Part shown: in pieces, positions 19,744 through 29,330 of the stretch | Position numbering within the stretch: the stretch's first letter is position 1 | How the letters are laid out: each line of letters starts with the position of its first letter | From: an uncultured delta proteobacterium | Lineage (GTDB): Bacteria; Bdellovibrionota; FAC87; UBA2466 | DNA: 64,000 nt | Reading direction: 5' to 3' | Assembly: GCA_963778115.1 (NCBI GenBank) | Contig: CAVZSV010000004.1 | Coordinates: forward strand, 896,001-960,000 | Position numbers and translations under genes: made by a program | Notes under the pieces: generated by a model | Database searches by the model: none | What the model was told of the DNA's origin: nothing | The model's input: only the letters and a program-made list of their open reading frames with translations

Positions 19744-21297
19744 TCACCCCTGAATTCCAGGGATTAATATGACCGGCCCCAACCCCTTTCCAGGCCTCCC
19801 GGACTTAGACGGTAGAATCAAGTAGTTCACTTCGCCAGGGGGCGAAACAATAAGGAATTTTTGATGAAAAACCTCTTCCAGCAGGGCCTGATAGGCCAAT
19901 TTGCTGCCTCCGCGAAAACCAAACGCAATTCCCATCGTAGGTTTCTGGGTTAACGCCCTGCTTAACGCCGGATCGGCTAGAATACTTTGAAGAACCTGGC
20001 GCTCCACGGCGACCCCGTTTCGGGCGTCCAATCCGTGAGAAAGACTGACCGAAGTTTCCAGTCCCCCCACACAAAAGACGGCGCACAGGAGGAGGCACCA
20101 GCGCCACTTTTCAGGGTCCTTTTGGGCCACTTGGAGAAACCGGGCGTAGATAAGGAAAAAGAAGGGCAGAAAAAACTGGATGTAGTGCGCGTAAAATAAT
20201 TTCTTCGCAACGGCCAGCAGGAGCATGTTGACTGCCAATCCTGTCAATATGGCGAGGCGAAAATCTTTAAACCGATCGGGGGCGGCCCTTTTTTGAAAAG
20301 AGGTGAGCACCGCCCAGCCGGCAAAGAAAAAAGAGGCGAGTGTTGCTAAAAACCGGAGCAACGAAAAGGGATGTTCGACGGTTCCCTGAAGTAGCGTCTT
20401 GATGGCCGTAATCTCTTTAAACTCTCCCCAATACCCCATCAGTTCATGAAAGGTAACGTCGAGGGTGAGAAAGCGAAAAGCGTAGAGGGGAACGCGGATA
20501 AACGACCAGCGCCAGTGACTTCCCCGGCCGTCCTCAAAATACGCCCAAAAATTAGAAAACCCCGTTCGGACTTCGTGGATGAAATAAGGAGCATAGGCCA
20601 AAGCTAAGAGACTAAGACCGGCCACAAGCCATTTTCGATTCCACGACTTTCTTGTCTTTGCCACCAAACACCATAGAGCCACCCAAACCACGGGAGCACT
20701 TAAATGAAACTGCGGATAAATTCCGGCGGCTAAGATTAGAATCGCGATGGCGCGAGAAGCGGGATCCTGTCTCACTCGCATGGCCGCCCAAAGGGCTACG
20801 ATGACGATGGCATTTAATAGGTTCCCGTTCCAGATGCGATCCGCATAAAGCAGACTCCACGGTGAAAAGCAGTATAGAGTTGCCGTCAGAAACGCCGGAA
20901 GTTCTCCAAAAGACGCGCGTAAGGAAAGCCAAAAAAGAACGATGGCGGCAGCGTTAAGCAAGGCAATCCACGCGTTAGCGGACTCAGGCGTGGGAGAGAC
21001 CCATTGGCTTACCGCCATCACGTAATAAAAGGTGGCTCCCGGATGGCGCAGTTTTCCGCCGCTCACGGAAGGACCCAACACAGGAAGGTCCTTTCCCTCG
21101 GCGATGTGCTTTGCCTCGACCCAAAAAAGAGCTTCGTCATCGGTAAAACGGGAGGTGGTACTGAGCCAAACACGAGGAAATGCCGCCATTAGGAAAAGGC
21201 CTAGCGCAATAGCCCAGAGCTGAAATCGAGAGAAAGAGGTCGTTGCCACAATGCCGGAATCGTAGAGGTTTTTCCTCTTCTTGTCATCGTTTAGCAT
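19744..21297 (-). CDS. GT-C glycosyltransferase (ArnT/PMT-like)
   Basis: TM1 followed by an acidic FTDDEA loop; PVLGP...HPG; SPW...RIWN; many TMs and a C-terminal soluble tail. Confidence 0.75.
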   Translation of the reverse strand: MLNDDKKRKNLYDSGIVATTSFSRFQLWAIALGLFLMAAFPRVWLSTTSRFTDDEALFWVEAKHIAEGKDLPVLGPSVSGGKLRHPGATFYYVMAVSQWVSPTPESANAWIALLNAAAIVLFWLSLRASFGELPAFLTATLYCFSPWSLLYADRIWNGNLLNAIVIVALWAAMRVRQDPASRAIAILILAAGIYPQFHLSAPVVWVALWCLVAKTRKSWNRKWLVAGLSLLALAYAPYFIHEVRTGFSNFWAYFEDGRGSHWRWSFIRVPLYAFRFLTLDVTFHELMGYWGEFKEITAIKTLLQGTVEHPFSLLRFLATLASFFFAGWAVLTSFQKRAAPDRFKDFRLAILTGLAVNMLLLAVAKKLFYAHYIQFFLPFFFLIYARFLQVAQKDPEKWRWCLLLCAVFCVGGLETSVSLSHGLDARNGVAVERQVLQSILADPALSRALTQKPTMGIAFGFRGGSKLAYQALLEEVFHQKFLIVSPPGEVNYLILPSKSGRPGKGLGPVILIPGIQG

Positions 21298-21360
21298 CCT
21301 ACTTGATTCAGAGCGTTAACCCCTCTATAGAAATAGCTAATTCGAAACGAGCGAGGACTA

Positions 21361-22512
21361 ATGAAGCGATCAAATGCGGCCGCGGTAACAGGTTTAATTC
21401 TTCTTATATCGGTGGGGGTTGCTTCAGGGGAACCCACCTTACAAGAGCTAGCCTCCCGTCTGCGAACCGTCCAACCCCTGACCTCCTTTTTTGAGGGACG
21501 TGGAAATGCTAAAGCGGCCCACACGGTTTTTGTCGGAAATTCGGAGATAGGAGCTCCCTTACACACCATAGATAGCTGGGATTATCTCAATTCCAAAGGA
21601 GCTATTATCCAGGGAGCTTGGCTTGAAACCGAACATACCGCACTTAGTCCCGGTGACGTCCGCGATTTCGTGGCCCTTTCGGAAGCGCGGGGCTATCCGG
21701 TAATCATTCGAATTCGCGAAAATTCACGCAGTCGATTAAAAGAATGGCTCGGGGTTGGACCGACGGGAGTTCTCGTTCCGCTAGTCTCGTACCCCGACGA
21801 TGTTAATACCGCCTTTGATTATAGTTTCTATGCCGCGAGACGGGACATCGGTTTTGAACCCCACACCGGCTATTTGACGCGAGCTTTGCCAAGAGATTTG
21901 TTAGCCCAAGACCAAAAAACCATTTTAGGATTCATGATCGAAACCGAAGATGCCGTTAATAATATCGAGTCCCTGGTAACCGTCGCAGGAACGCGAGCGG
22001 ATCAATTGGGAATTCCTAGATCACATATTGTCTTCTGGTGGGGCCCTTATGATAAAACGTGGGATGCTACCCGGCAGATGGCTCGCCCCCTCCAAATTCA
22101 AGGTCCGCTAACGCTGGGTAGGTGGGAGCATCTTTATGAGACGGCCGATTCCCAAAAGGAAACTGACTTCGCGAAAGTCGCAAGGACTGTCCATGATTTC
22201 CGATTCACCATGGGGGGACACGTCAATAACCTGAGATTAGCACAATCCCGAATCGAGGATCACCACTGCCGAGTGTTCACCATACCGGGAATTCAGACCA
22301 CCGTAACCACAGGCCCTTCGCTCAGAGAGATGTTTCTCTCTGCTGAAGCAAAACCTCACTTGGATTGGCTCCAGCAGCAACCCACTTTCACGCCAGATGA
22401 AAATAAAGAGCTCGTCTCGATCATGGAACGCCTCGGTGGCTTGTGCGGCTATAGCGTCCAAAAGCAAAATCCAACCGTAGTTTCAAGCCAGACGCACGAT
22501 TCCAGACCGTAA
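21361..22512 (+). CDS. HpcH/HpaI aldolase-like protein with N-terminal signal peptide
   Basis: WLETEH, IIRI, GVLVPLV, MIETEDAVNNIE and GPYD match the HpcH motifs (DxEH, VRV, GxxxPxV, QIET, GPxD). GAGGA SD. Confidence 0.65.
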   Translation: MKRSNAAAVTGLILLISVGVASGEPTLQELASRLRTVQPLTSFFEGRGNAKAAHTVFVGNSEIGAPLHTIDSWDYLNSKGAIIQGAWLETEHTALSPGDVRDFVALSEARGYPVIIRIRENSRSRLKEWLGVGPTGVLVPLVSYPDDVNTAFDYSFYAARRDIGFEPHTGYLTRALPRDLLAQDQKTILGFMIETEDAVNNIESLVTVAGTRADQLGIPRSHIVFWWGPYDKTWDATRQMARPLQIQGPLTLGRWEHLYETADSQKETDFAKVARTVHDFRFTMGGHVNNLRLAQSRIEDHHCRVFTIPGIQTTVTTGPSLREMFLSAEAKPHLDWLQQQPTFTPDENKELVSIMERLGGLCGYSVQKQNPTVVSSQTHDSRP

Positions 22513-22524
22513 TTAGAAACCGCC

Positions 22525-22553
22525 TTGAAACAGCGCTTTAGCCTCATTATGAT
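22525..22553 (+). promoter_or_regulatory. sigma70-type promoter of galE (leaderless geometry)
   Basis: TTGAAA-N17-TATGAT, with the ATG 6 nt downstream and no SD. Confidence 0.6.
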
Positions 22554-22559
22554 GGCTAG

Positions 22560-23534
22560 ATGATTTTAGTTACTGGCGGTGCTGGTTACATTGGCTCTCA
22601 CACCCTTCACCAACTCATCGAGGCCAAACTTCCCTGTGTCGTTTTAGACAATCTCTACTCAGGCCATCGTTGGGCCGTTCCCGATTCCGTTCCTTTTGTC
22701 GAAGGAAATACGGGAGACATCAAGATCGTTAGTGAGCTAATTAAGCAATACCAGGTCGAGTCGGTCATCCACTTCGCCGCCCATCTTGAAGTAGAAGAAT
22801 CGACGCGAGAGCCACTCAAGTACTACCGAAATAATTTTGTAAACTCGATGAACCTTATCGAGACTTGCGACAAACTGGGGGTAAAGCACTTTGTCTTTTC
22901 TTCCACCTGCGCCGTGTATGGAACCCCTGACAAAAATCCAGTCTCCGAAGCTTTTCCCGTAGCGCCCGTTAGTCCCTATGGAAAATCAAAACTTGAAACG
23001 GAATGGCTTCTTGAGGACATGGGAATCGCGGGATCTAAGATGCGGTTTGCTTCCCTTCGTTATTTTAATGTCGCTGGAGCCAAAGTTTCAGGAGGTCTTG
23101 GTCAAGCAACCGCCCGTGCCACCCAGCTCATTAAAGTCGCTTGCGAAGTCGCTTTGGGAAAAAGAGAGAAGTTACTACTTTATGGAACCGACTACCCCAC
23201 ACTCGACGGCACGTGCCTTAGAGATTACATCCATGTCGACGATCTAGCCGAACTTCACGGACTAGCGCTAAAGTACTTACAAGCGGGAGGCAGCTCTCAG
23301 ATTTTCAATTGTGGATACGGCAAAGGCTATTCCGTAAAAGAGGTCATCGATTCCGTGAAGCGAATGAGTGGAGTTAATTTCAAAGTAGAAGAGGTCCCGA
23401 GACGTGCCGGAGATGCAGGTGCCATCTATGCCGATCCCACGAAAGTCATTAAAGCGCTTCACTGGAAGCCAAAATATGCTGATTTAGATCTGATTTGCAG
23501 AACGTCTTTAGAATGGGAAAAAACTCGCCCGTAA
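22560..23534 (+). CDS. galE: UDP-glucose 4-epimerase
   Basis: ILVTGGAGYIGSH, HFAA, PLKYY, FSSTCAVYG, YGKSK, LRYFNVAGA, DGTCLRDYIHV, RRAGD. Confidence 0.95.
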   Translation: MILVTGGAGYIGSHTLHQLIEAKLPCVVLDNLYSGHRWAVPDSVPFVEGNTGDIKIVSELIKQYQVESVIHFAAHLEVEESTREPLKYYRNNFVNSMNLIETCDKLGVKHFVFSSTCAVYGTPDKNPVSEAFPVAPVSPYGKSKLETEWLLEDMGIAGSKMRFASLRYFNVAGAKVSGGLGQATARATQLIKVACEVALGKREKLLLYGTDYPTLDGTCLRDYIHVDDLAELHGLALKYLQAGGSSQIFNCGYGKGYSVKEVIDSVKRMSGVNFKVEEVPRRAGDAGAIYADPTKVIKALHWKPKYADLDLICRTSLEWEKTRP

Positions 23535-23538
23535 TGAG

Positions 23539-24405
23539 TTAGGGCATCGTCCCGCCCCTAAATCCACCGCCACTAGAAGCCCCCACGGTAGGACCGGCGC
23601 CCTCCATTAGTGGACTGCGGTGCGATACCTCTCGTTTGCAATCACTCTTCACAAATCTGGACCACTCCCCATCGCTTAACGGATCGCCCAAGTGAGACAA
23701 TACGGGTTGTTGCGTCTGCAAATGGTCTAGTAGATCGTAAAAAGACAAAGCTGCATGACCATTAACCACGGAGAAAGAGACAGGAGGTTGTCTCGGTCCG
23801 ATCCGAAAAAAATAAACACTACTTGGAGCAATCTCCATTCGAGATATCCCGAAGCGCCCTTCAGTCGACAATCTGAGATTGGTATCCATGGTCTGCTCGA
23901 TCACCCGTTGAGCGGGATTCACGGGTAGCCATGCTCGATCACTCAAGAATATTTTTAGTGGTTCACCACGTGCCGCTCGAACCCCGCCGATATGCAACGC
24001 CGGGAGCTTTCCATTATCTAGAGCAGTGCCAGGAACGGCGGAATCCAAGTGCTTAATCATTCCGGGAGTAGTCAGAGTCGCGTCAGTCAGTCTGCCGCTA
24101 TCATCCCAAGACAATTGAACCGGAAAGGCACGAGTGACCGATATTTCTAGTAACGACAGGAACAGAGCTTCATCAGGATCGGTTCGGGAAAGGCATAGGC
24201 GAAATAAAGGGTTCTCTTCGATAGAACCGGCGAGTATTTGCTCGAAAACCACGGACGAACCCGTAGGGCACTCGGAGTTTCGCTCCATAAGACGTGCTTT
24301 GCCCTGAAGCTCACGGCGAGCCCCGACTAAGTAGCTACTGACAGCGTCGGCCGCCCAAGACGACGACGTTACGAGCGCAAAAAACAACACCATGCGACAA
24401 ATCAA
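23539..24405 (-). CDS. Secreted hypothetical protein
   Basis: 288-aa ORF with signal peptide (SSWA-A); no family recognised. Confidence 0.7.
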   Translation of the reverse strand: MICRMVLFFALVTSSSWAADAVSSYLVGARRELQGKARLMERNSECPTGSSVVFEQILAGSIEENPLFRLCLSRTDPDEALFLSLLEISVTRAFPVQLSWDDSGRLTDATLTTPGMIKHLDSAVPGTALDNGKLPALHIGGVRAARGEPLKIFLSDRAWLPVNPAQRVIEQTMDTNLRLSTEGRFGISRMEIAPSSVYFFRIGPRQPPVSFSVVNGHAALSFYDLLDHLQTQQPVLSHLGDPLSDGEWSRFVKSDCKREVSHRSPLMEGAGPTVGASSGGGFRGGTMP

Positions 24406-24512
24406 AATAAGTCACCCCACCGCGACTACCATTTAAATTAGTGACGCAACATACCATAAACCAAAAGAGTCACAACGCTGGATTATTAACTCATTGTATA
24501 TATTTAGAAAAA

Positions 24513-25511
24513 TTACTGGAATTCTGCCGCTCTCCGCGTATTTGCAGGAAACAAAATCTCTACCACACAATCCAATAACCGCTCGCTAATCCCCTCCGCG
24601 ACGAAGTTACTGGCAAGCGTTTGGCCTACGCCGCGAGACAATGCCGCCGCTAGAGGCTGGGCGACTTCATTGGGAAGTTTAGGAGAGGCCCTAAGATGAC
24701 TTACCATAGCTTCAAGTGTCGGAAATAAAAGACGCGGGCGACGATCGAGCTCCTTCGCCGCTTGGAGGGCGCCTGCTTCCCACGCTAGCATCTGTATCAG
24801 TGCTTCTTCCGAGAGAGCGCCAAGCCGCAGGATCTCGTCCTCTGAGGGAGGAGACTCTCCGAGAAAACGTCGGATCACATCTTCAATCTCGTCTGGAGTA
24901 ACTCTTACCAACTGACTTCTGTGAGTAGTGGGCGAAGCTGGTCTGGCCTCCAATTGAACCCCAGCTAAGATGCCGGGCATTACCATATTCAGATCGGCAT
25001 CGGGCGAATCGTGCGCCATCTCCTTAAGCGCTCTTATCAAATCTCTCACGTCATATGCACTCGGATCCTTATTAGTTCGTGTGCTTCGTGTGCTCATTAG
25101 GTTATTGATGAGAGTATAGTTATTTCTTAGCGCTTCGGAATTCTTCCTTAGGATCTCATTTGCGCGCTCACTTCCCAGCACGTAATCCAAAGCGATGAAA
25201 CGAGCCGCCGTAATTTCGTAACTCAATTGTGCAAAGCTCGCGACATTCTTGAGAGTGCCCTCAGCTCCTCTTAAACAACCGGTTCCTACCGCTTTTTCAT
25301 ACAACGCGACAAGAGCCGCCACATCTCTAAGCTTCACTCGTGGTTTCTTCTGATATGCGTTGCGGATTTTTTCGCGAAAAGCGATGGTGTTAAGGCTAGA
25401 GACATTCACAAGAAATAGCTCGATCGCTTCCAGTTCGTAGCCAACGGCACTCTTGGAGAAACCGCTGCAGACGATGAGAAAAACTAACAACCAATAGGTT
25501 AGGCGCTTCAT
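24513..25511 (-). CDS. Secreted hypothetical helical protein
   Basis: 332-aa ORF with signal peptide MKRLTYWLLVFLIVC; promoter-like elements directly upstream. Confidence 0.75.
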   Translation of the reverse strand: MKRLTYWLLVFLIVCSGFSKSAVGYELEAIELFLVNVSSLNTIAFREKIRNAYQKKPRVKLRDVAALVALYEKAVGTGCLRGAEGTLKNVASFAQLSYEITAARFIALDYVLGSERANEILRKNSEALRNNYTLINNLMSTRSTRTNKDPSAYDVRDLIRALKEMAHDSPDADLNMVMPGILAGVQLEARPASPTTHRSQLVRVTPDEIEDVIRRFLGESPPSEDEILRLGALSEEALIQMLAWEAGALQAAKELDRRPRLLFPTLEAMVSHLRASPKLPNEVAQPLAAALSRGVGQTLASNFVAEGISERLLDCVVEILFPANTRRAAEFQ

Positions 25512-25520
25512 GAGGAACGC

Positions 25521-25549
25521 AATCTAGCCACTTAATCGCCTGCGATCAA
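25521..25549 (-). promoter_or_regulatory. sigma70-type promoter, near-leaderless
   Basis: TTGATC-N17-TAGATT, 9 nt before ATG 25511, no SD. Confidence 0.45.
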
Positions 25550-25586
25550 TACCATTAAGCTTTTCTTTAATATTACAGGTGAATTT

Positions 25587-26210
25587 CTAAAATTGGAGTT
25601 CCATTAGTTTACAAGAGGCTGGCTTCTCCAATAAGGCGAAGGGCCTTTGGCCGTGATACTGAAACGACGGATAATCGACTTTAGCTACTTCAGTAAATTC
25701 GAGAGATTTAAGCATGGCCTGAGAGTGAACGCCGGTGGCCTCGGCCACTGCACTTTGAAAGTGAGCCGATCTCGCCACTCGAAACGACTGCTCGAGGAGT
25801 TCACGCGCCATCCCTTGGCGCCGAAATGCCGGAGCCACTCCTAGCATATAAAGATGAAAGACTTCGCCCGCGATGGGTTTGCCTCGTTTTTCGAAGTAGC
25901 GATGATCGAGCTCCTCTAAGAAAGCTACCAAAGGAAGCATCTTGGGATGAATCGGTTCCTGGGAATAACTAGGCGCGGACGCCAAATCCTCATTGATGCA
26001 AAAACCTAAGATACCGTGATGCTCGGTCGTAGCCACGATGGTGAGATTGTCACTGACGGCACGTTCGCAAACTTTTTTCGTATAAGCATAGTAGGCGTCT
26101 AGGCTTAACCCCAAACTGACGGCCATGGGCTCATCTAAAGGAAAGCTAGCCTGTACACAGCGTATGAGTGCTTCTTTCTGAGATGGAACTAACCGTTGAT
26201 ACCGAATCAT
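25587..26210 (-). CDS. GNAT N-acyltransferase resembling insect-type arylalkylamine N-acetyltransferases
   Basis: FPLDEPM, LGVAPAFRRQGMA (acyl-CoA motif A), EATGVHSQ. GGAGG SD, 21 bp after the decarboxylase stop. Confidence 0.8.
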   Translation of the reverse strand: MIRYQRLVPSQKEALIRCVQASFPLDEPMAVSLGLSLDAYYAYTKKVCERAVSDNLTIVATTEHHGILGFCINEDLASAPSYSQEPIHPKMLPLVAFLEELDHRYFEKRGKPIAGEVFHLYMLGVAPAFRRQGMARELLEQSFRVARSAHFQSAVAEATGVHSQAMLKSLEFTEVAKVDYPSFQYHGQRPFALLEKPASCKLMELQF

Positions 26211-26231
26211 AACCCCTCCCCTTTTTCGCTT

Positions 26232-27341
26232 TTAGTCTTCCCGTTTCGCTAAGTCGGCCACGAAAGCATTAATCATTTCCCGACTGACACCAGGCATGAC
26301 GATTAAATGCGAATTTTCTTTTTCCGTCGCCAGCTGCCACTTGCGGATAAGTCTATCGCTGGGCCTCCTGATGACGACAATATTGGAAAAGGGATTTGCC
26401 CAAGCTTGCCAATCGATTTTAAAAAGGCAGTCCAGAGCGTAGCTAGTATTTTCCATGCATACCTTAACCAGCTCGGAGAGCCCTTCTCTACCGTGACGCA
26501 TGACATTTTGCCAAAGGACTATCACTGAAAAGCCGTCTCGAGATCCTGAGAGTGTGGTATCTACCGACCCGATATATTCGACGTTGCGGCGGATCTTTTC
26601 CAAAAGGCTTTTGCGGGTGAGCACCATGCCACAGGGAATCGGCGAGCCAACGAACTTATGACCAGAGATAGCAAGACTGCTGATAGGAAGTTGAAAATCA
26701 AAAAGTGGCGAGTTGTTTTGAAAGGGCAGCATGCTGCCAAAGAGAGCCGCGTCACAGTGAATGTAAAATCTATCGATACCAAGATCTTTTAAAATGCCTA
26801 GAATCTTACTCACATTATCAATTGCGCCTTTCATCGTGGTGCCGATATTGGCGTTCACGATGACCGGATAGTGGCGAAGGGTACAGACCGTTTCCCTGAA
26901 ATTGTCGTAGTCCATCTCGCCGTTGGGAAGCGAGCGGATCATGGCCCCTCTTAGATTTAAAAGCCGGACGGCTTTGGGAACACTGTAATGAGTATCTTCT
27001 GAGTAGTAGACGATACCGTGAGGGTGGGCTTCACGTGCCAGGTAAAGCCCGTAGGTATTTCCTTCGGTCCCGCCATTGGTTACGTAGCCCCAGAACTCAC
27101 TCTCGTCCAAGTGTAAGAGTGATGCGAAAAAAGAGAGAACCTCTTTTTCCAGCTCACAGGTGTTCATTCCGTTATTTCCGATAAAGGGATCGCCGACGTT
27201 ATTAATCGCAAGGTCTAGAAATTTAGAAAGGCCACTATTATCGAGCAGCGCACTGTTGGGATAACCCAAGTAAGTTTGTTTTTTCTCAAGAAGTGTTTCG
27301 TATAGGTTTTCAAGGCGTAACTGGTCCTGCCGTTTAAGCAT
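26232..27341 (-). CDS. hdc: PLP-dependent histidine decarboxylase (group II; serine-decarboxylase-related)
   Basis: YLGYP, INNVGDPF, GYVTNGGTEGN, HYSV, GTTMKGAID, HCDAAL, SGHKFVGSPIPCG (PLP Lys), GSRDG. Likely start is ATG 27341 (MLKRQD). Confidence 0.85.
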   Translation of the reverse strand: MLKRQDQLRLENLYETLLEKKQTYLGYPNSALLDNSGLSKFLDLAINNVGDPFIGNNGMNTCELEKEVLSFFASLLHLDESEFWGYVTNGGTEGNTYGLYLAREAHPHGIVYYSEDTHYSVPKAVRLLNLRGAMIRSLPNGEMDYDNFRETVCTLRHYPVIVNANIGTTMKGAIDNVSKILGILKDLGIDRFYIHCDAALFGSMLPFQNNSPLFDFQLPISSLAISGHKFVGSPIPCGMVLTRKSLLEKIRRNVEYIGSVDTTLSGSRDGFSVIVLWQNVMRHGREGLSELVKVCMENTSYALDCLFKIDWQAWANPFSNIVVIRRPSDRLIRKWQLATEKENSHLIVMPGVSREMINAFVADLAKRED

Positions 27342-27478
27342 AAGTTTCCCCACTCCATTGGATGCCATCTTGTGATGATTCTTTTTTTTAAACATAAGTA
27401 AGATGAAGGCATCAGAAAAAAAACTCAAGTTCTGTTCTGTCAAACTATCGTCGATGAATTTTTAGGATCTTAAGAAGA

Positions 27479-27537
27479 CCACAGAAAGGTACGGCCTACC
27501 TTTCTGTAACACGAAGGTAGGCCGTACCTTTCTGTGG
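27479..27537. repeat. Perfect 24-bp inverted repeat with nested alternative hairpin
   Basis: CCACAGAAAGGTACGGCCTACCTT-N11-AAGGTAGGCCGTACCTTTCTGTGG. 27481-27507 can itself fold as ACAGAAAGGTA-CGGCC-TACCTTTCTGT. Confidence 0.9.
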
Positions 27538-27612
27538 GGTGGACATAGAGGGGAATCGTCCGCTATCATTAAGTGTTAGCTTCACTTTTACTGCACCCCC
27601 TCTTTCACTCTC

Positions 27613-29325
27613 ATGAGACGCATCCATCCATGGTTAAGCAAGGTTCTGTATTATATTTGCGGCCTTGCGGCAGTGAATATTCCGCTTTGCCTATTGGCGT
27701 ACGCTACGGCATCGCGTCTTACCTTTTTAACCATTGATCCTCAACGGTTGCATTTCTTCTGTGGAATGTCGGCTCTTGCTTTAACGCTACTCGCCATACT
27801 CTGTTTTTCAGCGGCTAGAGTCGTTCCTTATGTCACGCGCCATTCTCTCTACAAGCTCGAAAGTATTCCTGGAGAAAAAAGGGCGACTTCGCGCCTCTGG
27901 ATAACCCTTCAGATACTGCTAAGCGTCGCTATTTTTTCCCAAACCGTGCTCCATCGAAATGCCCCCCTCGACTGGGATGAACTTGATACGGCAACCCGCT
28001 TGGGGACTCCCTCAGTCTGTCCCATCGACGACAAAAACCCTTACCAGAATAGTGACCTAATAAGCCCTACGAAAAATACAAGAAATCATGCTCTGGCAAA
28101 CGTCGCTGTCGTGGCTGCCTATCGAATCTTTGGAGTGAGCGAAAAGATCGCAAGACTCCCCGCTCTAGTTTTTACCCTTTTGTTTCTCATCGCTATTTTT
28201 CTTTCCACTCGAGAGGTGGCACCCCCCGCCGCTATTGCCTTTCTTCTCGGACATCTAGCGCTTAACGGACTTTTTTTATGGTATGCCCACTCGCTGCGCG
28301 GATATATTTCAATGGAGCTATTCACTTTCTTGGCTCTGATGGAGCTTACCAAAAACCCCTCGAGGCGCGCCTCGCCGTGGCTTTACTGCTTATTCATCGC
28401 CTTTGCCTCGGTAACTCATACCTTTGGCGCACTTTTTTGTTTGCTCCTTTTTTCTACCCATCTTATTTGGACCGCTTGGTACGCGCCTAGCCTAAACGCT
28501 TCCGATCTGAACTTTCATCTAAAGCGCTTAGCAATCGCGATCCTTTGTGCCCCCTTTTTGCTATGGATACTTAGTAAGCAATTCCTATTTCTCAACCATA
28601 TTGGATATCTCAATACTGTGATACCCGTCGAAAAGGCAGAAGCTTTAGCTTCCGCATGGGGAATCACGCTGCCTTTCGGAACCTTCTTAGTAATTCTTGT
28701 TTTTATCGCGGCCTTCCTAGCCCACTGGATAAACCGCCGAGGAATTGATCTGATAGGGTTACACCTTATCTTTTCGTTGTTCGTTCTAACCCTCTTAATC
28801 ACTCTGCTTAAAGCGACCCTTTTCGAATCTAGATTTCTGTTGGCCTTTATTCCTCCCGCGGTTTTGTGGATAGCTACCGCCGCTTCTGAAATGTCTTTCA
28901 CTAAAGCCCGCATCACCCTGTGGAGTATTGCATTTGTCGTCTTTCTTTTGCTCCCCTGGCAGGGCCGCCGCGAGATCTATGAAAGTCGTACTCAGTTAAT
29001 GGGTGGCTATGGAAAGTTTATGACTCAAGTCGCCGCAAAAGTTCCCAGAACTGAAGCGGAATGCATCCGTTTTTCAGGAGAAGCCGATCAGGTGATGTTC
29101 TCACGAGGTTTGTATTATCCCGTCACGGGAAAAGATACCGCTTGCAGAGAATCCTTCCACGTTAGCTTTGCCAAGAGCTGGAAAGGGAAAGACTCTCCAA
29201 CGCTTCTCGAAGCAGGACGCTGGATGACTATAATCGACGATGGCGAGGGGCGAACGCTTTCACAGAAAATGACGGCGGGCGCTCCTTTAGCTTTCTCCGA
29301 ACCCAACGATTTAGATCGGAGATAG
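27613..29325 (+). CDS. GT-C glycosyltransferase-like membrane protein (paralog 1)
   Basis: PLDWDE, NH, RLPALVF, HSLRGY, THTFG, FESRF; polytopic with a C-terminal soluble domain. Confidence 0.7.
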   Translation: MRRIHPWLSKVLYYICGLAAVNIPLCLLAYATASRLTFLTIDPQRLHFFCGMSALALTLLAILCFSAARVVPYVTRHSLYKLESIPGEKRATSRLWITLQILLSVAIFSQTVLHRNAPLDWDELDTATRLGTPSVCPIDDKNPYQNSDLISPTKNTRNHALANVAVVAAYRIFGVSEKIARLPALVFTLLFLIAIFLSTREVAPPAAIAFLLGHLALNGLFLWYAHSLRGYISMELFTFLALMELTKNPSRRASPWLYCLFIAFASVTHTFGALFCLLLFSTHLIWTAWYAPSLNASDLNFHLKRLAIAILCAPFLLWILSKQFLFLNHIGYLNTVIPVEKAEALASAWGITLPFGTFLVILVFIAAFLAHWINRRGIDLIGLHLIFSLFVLTLLITLLKATLFESRFLLAFIPPAVLWIATAASEMSFTKARITLWSIAFVVFLLLPWQGRREIYESRTQLMGGYGKFMTQVAAKVPRTEAECIRFSGEADQVMFSRGLYYPVTGKDTACRESFHVSFAKSWKGKDSPTLLEAGRWMTIIDDGEGRTLSQKMTAGAPLAFSEPNDLDRR

Positions 29326-29330
29326 AGCAC

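Noticed and set aside
27479..27537. CRISPR repeat or Rho-independent terminator
   Set aside because: No repeat-spacer array or cas genes; lies between divergent genes and has no U-tract.
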